64,000 nt of DNA, taken from assembly GCA_964057225.1 (NCBI GenBank), contig OZ059894.1, positions 23,312,001 through 23,376,000 on the forward strand, read 5' to 3'. The position numbers were made by a program, and so were the translations under genes. This DNA is from Auanema rhodensis (taxonomy: Eukaryota; Animalia; Nematoda). Shown here one piece after another: positions 59,301 to 64,000 of this stretch; position 1 is the stretch's first letter; the number at the start of each line of letters is the position of its first letter. Below the pieces are notes generated by a model, which was not told where the DNA came from, made no database searches, and saw nothing but the letters and a program-made list of their open reading frames with translations.

Positions 59301-62300
59301 TAACTCGCTTCACGTGAAAGATAAAGAGATGCGGTTTTCAAAATTAGATTCCCCATGTCCATATTAGTCTAAAAACAAATTTTTATTGATATTGGTGCAT
59401 GGTAACCATGACTTTGAAATTTACGTGAACTTTAATTTATGCTAATTAAATGTACACGTGATGTGCACTTGGTATGTAACTCGCTTCACGTGAAAGATAA
59501 AGAGATGCGGTTTTCAAAATTAGATTCCTCATGTCCATATTAGTTTAAAAACAAATTTTTATTGATATTGGTTGATGGTAACCATGTCTTTGAAATTTAC
59601 GTGAACTTTAATTTATGCTAATTAAATGTACACGTGATGTGCACTTGGTATGTAACTCGCTTCACGTGAAAGATAAAGAGATGCGGTTTTCAAAATTAGA
59701 TTCCCCATGTCCATATTAGTCTAAAAACAAATTTTTATTGATATTGGTGCATGGTAACCATGACTTTGAAATTTACGTGAACTTTAATTTATGCTAATTA
59801 AATGTACACGTGATGTGCACTTGGTATGTAACTCGCTTCACGTGAAAGATAAAGAGATGCGGTTTTCAAAATTAGATTCCCCATGTCCATATTAGTCTAA
59901 AAACAAATTTTTATTGATATTGGTTCATGGTAACCATGTCTTTGAAATTTACGTGAACTTTAATTTATGCTAATTAAATGTACACGTGATGTGCACTTGG
60001 TATGTAACTCGCTTCACGTGAAAGATAAAGAGATGCGGTTTTCAAAATTAGATTCCCCATGTCCATATTGGTCTAAAAACAAATTTTTATTGATATTGGT
60101 TCATGGTAACCATGACTTTGAAATTTAAGTGAACTTTAATTTATGCTAATTAAATGTACACGTGATGTGCACTTGGTATGTAACTCGCTTCACGTGAAAG
60201 ATAAAGAGATGCGGTTTTCAAAATTAGATTCCCCATGTCCATATTAGTCTAAAAACAAATTTTTATTGATATTGGTTCATGGTAACCATGACTTTGAAAT
60301 TTACGTGAACTTTAATTTATGCTAATTAAATGTACACGTGATGTGCACTTGGTATGTAACTCGCTTCACGTGAAAGATAAAGAGATGCGGTTTTCAAAAT
60401 TAGATTCCCCATGTCCATATTAGTTTAAAAACAAATTTTTATTGATATTGGTGCATGGTAACCATGACTTTGAAATTTACGTGAACTTTAATTTATGCTA
60501 ATTAAATGTACACGTGATGTGCACTTGGTATGTAACTCGCTTCACGTGAAAGATAAAGAGATGCGGTTTTCAAAATTAGATTCCCCATGTTCATATTAGT
60601 CTAAAAACAAATTTTTATTGATATTGGTTCATGGTAACCATGACTTTGAAATTTACGTGAACTTTAATTTATGCTAATTAAATGTACACGTGATGTGCAC
60701 TTGGTATGTAACTCGCTTCACGTGAAAGATAAAGAGATGCGGTTTTCAAAATTAGATTCCCCATGTCCATATTGGTCTAAAAACAAATTTTTATTGATAT
60801 TGGTTCATGGTAACCATGACTTTGAAATTTAAGTGAACTTTAATTTATGCTATTTAAATGTACACGTGATGTGCACTTGGTATGTAACTCGCTTCACGTG
60901 GAAGATAAAGAGATGCGGTTTTCAAAATTAGATTCCCCATGTCCATATTAGTCTAAAAACAAATTTTTATTGATATTGGTTCATGGTAACCATGACTTTG
61001 AAATTTACGTGAACTTTAATTTATGCTAATTAAATGTACACGTGATGTGCACTTGGTATGTAACTCGCTTCACGTGAAAGATAAAGAGATGCGGTTTTCA
61101 AAATTGGATTCCCCATGTCGATATTAGTTTAAAAACAAATTTTTATTGATATTGGTTGATGGTAACCATGTCTTTGAAATTTACGTGAACTTTAATTTAT
61201 GCTAATTAAATGTACACGTGATGTGCACTTGGTATGTAACTCGCTTCACGTGAAAGATAAAGAGATGCGATTTTCAAAATTAGATTCCCCATGTCCATAT
61301 TAGTCTAAAAACAAATTTTTATTGATATTGGTGCATGGTAACCATGACTTTGAAATTTACGTGAACTTTAATTTATGCTAATTAAATGTACACGTGATGT
61401 GCACTTGGTATGTAACTCGCTTCACGTGAAAGATAAAGAGATGCGGTTTTCAAAATTAGATTCCCCATGTCCATATTAGTCTAAAAACAAATTTTTATTG
61501 ATATTGGTTCATGGTAACCATGACTTTGAAATTTACGTGAACTTTAATTTATGCTAATTAAATGTACACGTGATGTGCACTTGGTATGTAACTCGCTTCA
61601 CGTGAAAGATAAAGAGATGCGGTTTTCAAAATTAGATTCCCCATGTCCATATTAGTTCAAAAACAAATTTTTATTGATATTGGTGCATGGTAACCATGAC
61701 TTTGAAATTTACGTGAACTTTAATTTATGCTAATTAAATGTACACGTGATGTGCACTTGGTATGTAACTCGCTTCACGTGAAAGATAAAGAGATGCGGTT
61801 TTCGAAGTTAGATTCCCCATGTCCATATTAGTCTAAAAACAAATTTTTATTGATATTGGTGCATGGTAACCATGACTTTGAAATTTACGTGAACTTTAAT
61901 TTATGCTAATTAAATGTACACGTGATGTGCACTTGGTATGTAACTCGCTTCACGTGAAAGATAAAGAGATGCGGTTTTCAAAATTAGATTCCTCATGTCC
62001 ATATTAGTTTAAAAACAAATTTTTATTGATATTGGTTGATGGTAACCATGTCTTTGAAATTTACGTGAACTTTAATTTATGCTAATTAAATGTACACGTG
62101 ATGTGCACTTGGTATGTAACTCGCTTCACGTGAAAGATAAAGAGATGCGGTTTTCAAAATTAGATTCCCCATGTCCATATTAGTCTAAAAACAAATTTTT
62201 ATTGATATTGGTGCATGGTAACCATGACTTTGAAATTTACGTGAACTTTAATTTATGCTAATTAAATGTACACGTGATGTGCACTTGGTATGTAACTCGC

Positions 62301-64000
62301 TTCACGTGAAAGATAAAGAGATGCGGTTTTCAAAATTAGATTCCCCATGTCCATATTAGTCTAAAAACAAATTTTTATTGATATTGGTTCATGGTAACCA
62401 TGACTTTGAAATTTACGTGAACTTTAATTTATGCTAATTAAATGTACACGTGATGTGCACTTGGTATGTAACTCGCTTCACGTGAAAGATAAAGAGATGC
62501 GGTTTTCAAAATTAGATTCCCCATGTCCATATTAGTTTAAAAACAAATTTTTATTGATATTGGTGCATGGTAACCATGACTTTGAAATTTACGTGAACTT
62601 TAATTTATGCTAATTAAATGTACACGTGATGTGCACTTGGTATGTAACTCGCTTCACGTGAAAGATAAAGAGATGCGGTTTTCAAAATTAGATTCCCCAT
62701 GTTCATATTAGTCTAAAAACAAATTTTTATTGATATTGGTTCATGGTAACCATGACTTTGAAATTTACGTGAACTTTAATTTATGCTAATTAAATGTACA
62801 CGTGATGTGCACTTGGTATGTAACTCGCTTCACGTGAAAGATAAAGAGATGCGGTTTTCAAAATTAGATTCCCCATGTCCATATTGGTCTAAAAACAAAT
62901 TTTTATTGATATTGGTTCATGGTAACCATGACTTTGAAATTTAAGTGAACTTTAATTTATGCTATTTAAATGTACACGTGATGTGCACTTGGTATGTAAC
63001 TCGCTTCACGTGGAAGATAAAGAGATGCGGTTTTCAAAATTAGATTCCCCATGTCCATATTAGTCTAAAAACAAATTTTTATTGATATTGGTTCATGGTA
63101 ACCATGACTTTGAAATTTACGTGAACTTTAATTTATGCTAATTAAATGTACACGTGATGTGCACTTGGTATGTAACTCGCTTCACGTGAAAGATAAAGAG
63201 ATGCGGTTTTCAAAATTAGATTCCCCATGTCCATATTAGTTTAAAAACAAATTTTTATTGATATTGGTGCATGGTAACCATGACTTTGAAATTTACGTGA
63301 ACTTTAATTTATGCTAATTAAATGTACACGTGATGTGCACTTGGTATGTAACTCGCTTCACGTGAAAGATAAAGAGATGCGGTTTTCAAAATTAGATTCC
63401 CCATGTTCATATTAGTCTAAAAACAAATTTTTATTGATATTGGTTCATGGTAACCATGACTTTGAAATTTACGTGAACTTTAATTTATGCTAATTAAATG
63501 TACACGTGATGTGCACTTGGTATGTAACTCGCTTCACGTGAAAGATAAAGAGATGCGGTTTTCAAAATTAGATTCCCCATGTCCATATTAGTCTAAAAAC
63601 AAATTTTTATTGATATTGGTGCATGGTAACCATGACTTTGAAATTTACGTGAACTTTAATTTATGCTAATTAAATGTACACGTGATGTGCACTTGGTATG
63701 TAACTCGCTTCACGTGAAAGATAAAGAGATGCGGTTTTCAAAATTAGATTCATCATGTCCATATTAGTCTAAAAACAAATTTTTATTGATATTGGTTCAT
63801 GGTAACCATGTCTTTGAAATTTACGTGAACTTTAATTTATGCTAATTAAATGTACACGTGATGTGCACTTGGTATGTAACTCGCTTCACGTGAAAGATAA
63901 AGAGATGCGGTTTTCAAAATTAGATTCCCCATGTCCATATTGGTCTAAAAACAAATTTTAATTGATATTGGTTCATGGTAACCATGACTTTGAAATTTAA

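Larger units (their letters stand above)
1..64000 (+). repeat. Tandem satellite DNA array, 176-bp monomer, ~363.6 head-to-tail copies (candidate centromeric/pericentromeric satellite)
   Basis: AAAGATAAAGAGATGCGG recurs at 5, 181, 357 and onward. It is in phase at every 2640-bp checkpoint (181, 2821, 5461 ... 60901, 63541; 63541-181 = 360x176). No unique sequence or inversion seen. The repeat call is direct; the centromeric role is inference. Confidence 0.99.

Noticed and set aside
1-64000. CRISPR array or repeat-spacer system
   Set aside because: There are no unique spacers, the whole 176 bp is repeated, and there are no cas or other genes.
1-64000. Information encoded in the T/G allele order (monomer position 81)
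   Set aside because: The pattern is explained by nested block duplications; nothing supports a code.

Overview
The whole 64 kb window is one uninterrupted head-to-tail tandem satellite array: about 363.6 copies of a 176-bp, AT-rich monomer (~32% GC by hand count), all in the same orientation. Consensus from position 181: AAAGATAAAGAGATGCGGTTTTCAAAATTAGATTCCCCATGTCCATATTAGTCTAAAAACAAATTTTTATTGATATTGGT(T/G)CATGGTAACCATGACTTTGAAATTTACGTGAACTTTAATTTATGCTAATTAAATGTACACGTGATGTGCACTTGGTATGTAACTCGCTTCACGTG. Most copies differ from consensus at only 0-5 positions, and the 176-bp register is held from position 5 to the end (I saw substitutions only). Monomer size, AT-richness, homogeneity and dyad symmetries fit a eukaryotic centromeric or pericentromeric satellite, but I cannot name the organism or family. 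I found no genes, RNA genes, transposons or CRISPR arrays, and the three 60-aa ORFs are chance by-products of stop-removing SNPs. I cannot support a new gene-encoded system here. The informative signal is the array architecture: variant-defined sub-domains, nested higher-order duplications (4- to 40-mers), two duplication/deletion junctions that map to the same 12-bp palindrome core, and a dyad/E-box-rich, more conserved part of the monomer. All variant mapping was done by eye.
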